From assembly GCA_043769965.1 (NCBI GenBank), contig JAYVIT010000199.1, positions 1 to 37,631 on the forward strand: a DNA stretch of 37,631 nt, given 5' to 3'. Below are positions 37,503 to 37,631 of the stretch, one piece after another. The translations under genes were made by a program, and so were the position numbers. This DNA is from Saprospiraceae bacterium (GTDB taxonomy: Bacteria; Bacteroidota; Bacteroidia; Chitinophagales; Saprospiraceae). Numbering within the stretch: position 1 is the first letter of the stretch; each line of letters opens with the position of its first letter. Below the pieces are notes generated by a model. The model was given only the letters and a program-made list of their open reading frames with translations, was not told the origin of the DNA and made no database searches.

Positions 37503-37631
37503 GTTGTTACAAATCTAATCAATTCAAAGAACGAAAGCAAATCACAACCTCCCTTGTTAGGGGTAGTCTTAATAAATGTTGTTACAAATCTAATCAATTC
37601 AAAGAACGAAAGCAAATCACAACACAAGCCG
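37503..37631 (-). CRISPR. CRISPR array (two full 46-nt repeats, one 29-nt spacer, start of a second spacer), truncated by the window end; predicted to be transcribed on the minus strand
   Basis: Identical repeats gttgttacaaatctaatcaattcaaagaacgaaagcaaatcacaac at 37503-37548 and 37578-37623 (75-nt period). Boundaries could shift by up to 2 nt because 'at' precedes both copies. The reverse complement starts GTTGTGATTTGCTTTC, the usual Bacteroidota II-C orientation. Confidence 0.9.

Overview
Low-GC window that looks like Bacteroidota: it has a T9SS C-terminal sorting domain, TAnnTTTG-type promoter motifs, an atpBEFHAG operon without atpDC, and 46-nt GTTGTGATTTGCTTTC-type CRISPR repeats. Left third (1-8.4 kb): predicted signal-peptide/exported proteins, including two caspase-like (peptidase C14) proteins, one fused to TPR repeats and one with a DUF4384-like tail followed by a coiled-coil/beta-rich partner. 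Middle (8.6-20.9 kb): ordinary accessory and housekeeping genes (GNAT, TPR membrane protein, DUF1801, NRAMP transporter, SRPBCC, DUF3817, YqhA, YceI, a T9SS-sorted PQQ sugar dehydrogenase) and a membrane protein/wHTH regulator/LRR-membrane protein operon. 21.3-23.7 kb: a small defence/TA-like patch, made of a wHTH plus nucleotidyltransferase pair (AbiE-like) and a divergent class II Fic protein. Between them lies an intergenic region with a 26-bp palindrome and eight helically phased CGTATCA repeats. 23.9-29.5 kb: F-ATPase operon atpB-E-F-H-A-G. 29.7-37.6 kb: a type II-C CRISPR-Cas locus. It contains a predicted tracrRNA just upstream of cas9, a 1600-aa cas9 with all nuclease motifs intact and a ~85-aa C-terminal extension, cas1, cas2, and an array cut by the window edge. 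The main oddity is that cas9 and cas1 are separated by two same-strand non-cas genes: a minimal nucleotidyltransferase starting 2 nt after the cas9 stop, and an EVE-HNH (modification-dependent-restriction-like) nuclease. This is my best candidate for an undescribed Cas9-associated module. Second, the tracrRNA anti-repeat implies the array is transcribed antisense to the cas genes, and each repeat carries a complete Bacteroidota -33/-7 promoter. Third, three otherwise intact genes each carry a single in-frame TAA. All functional calls come from motif recognition by eye; no database search was run.
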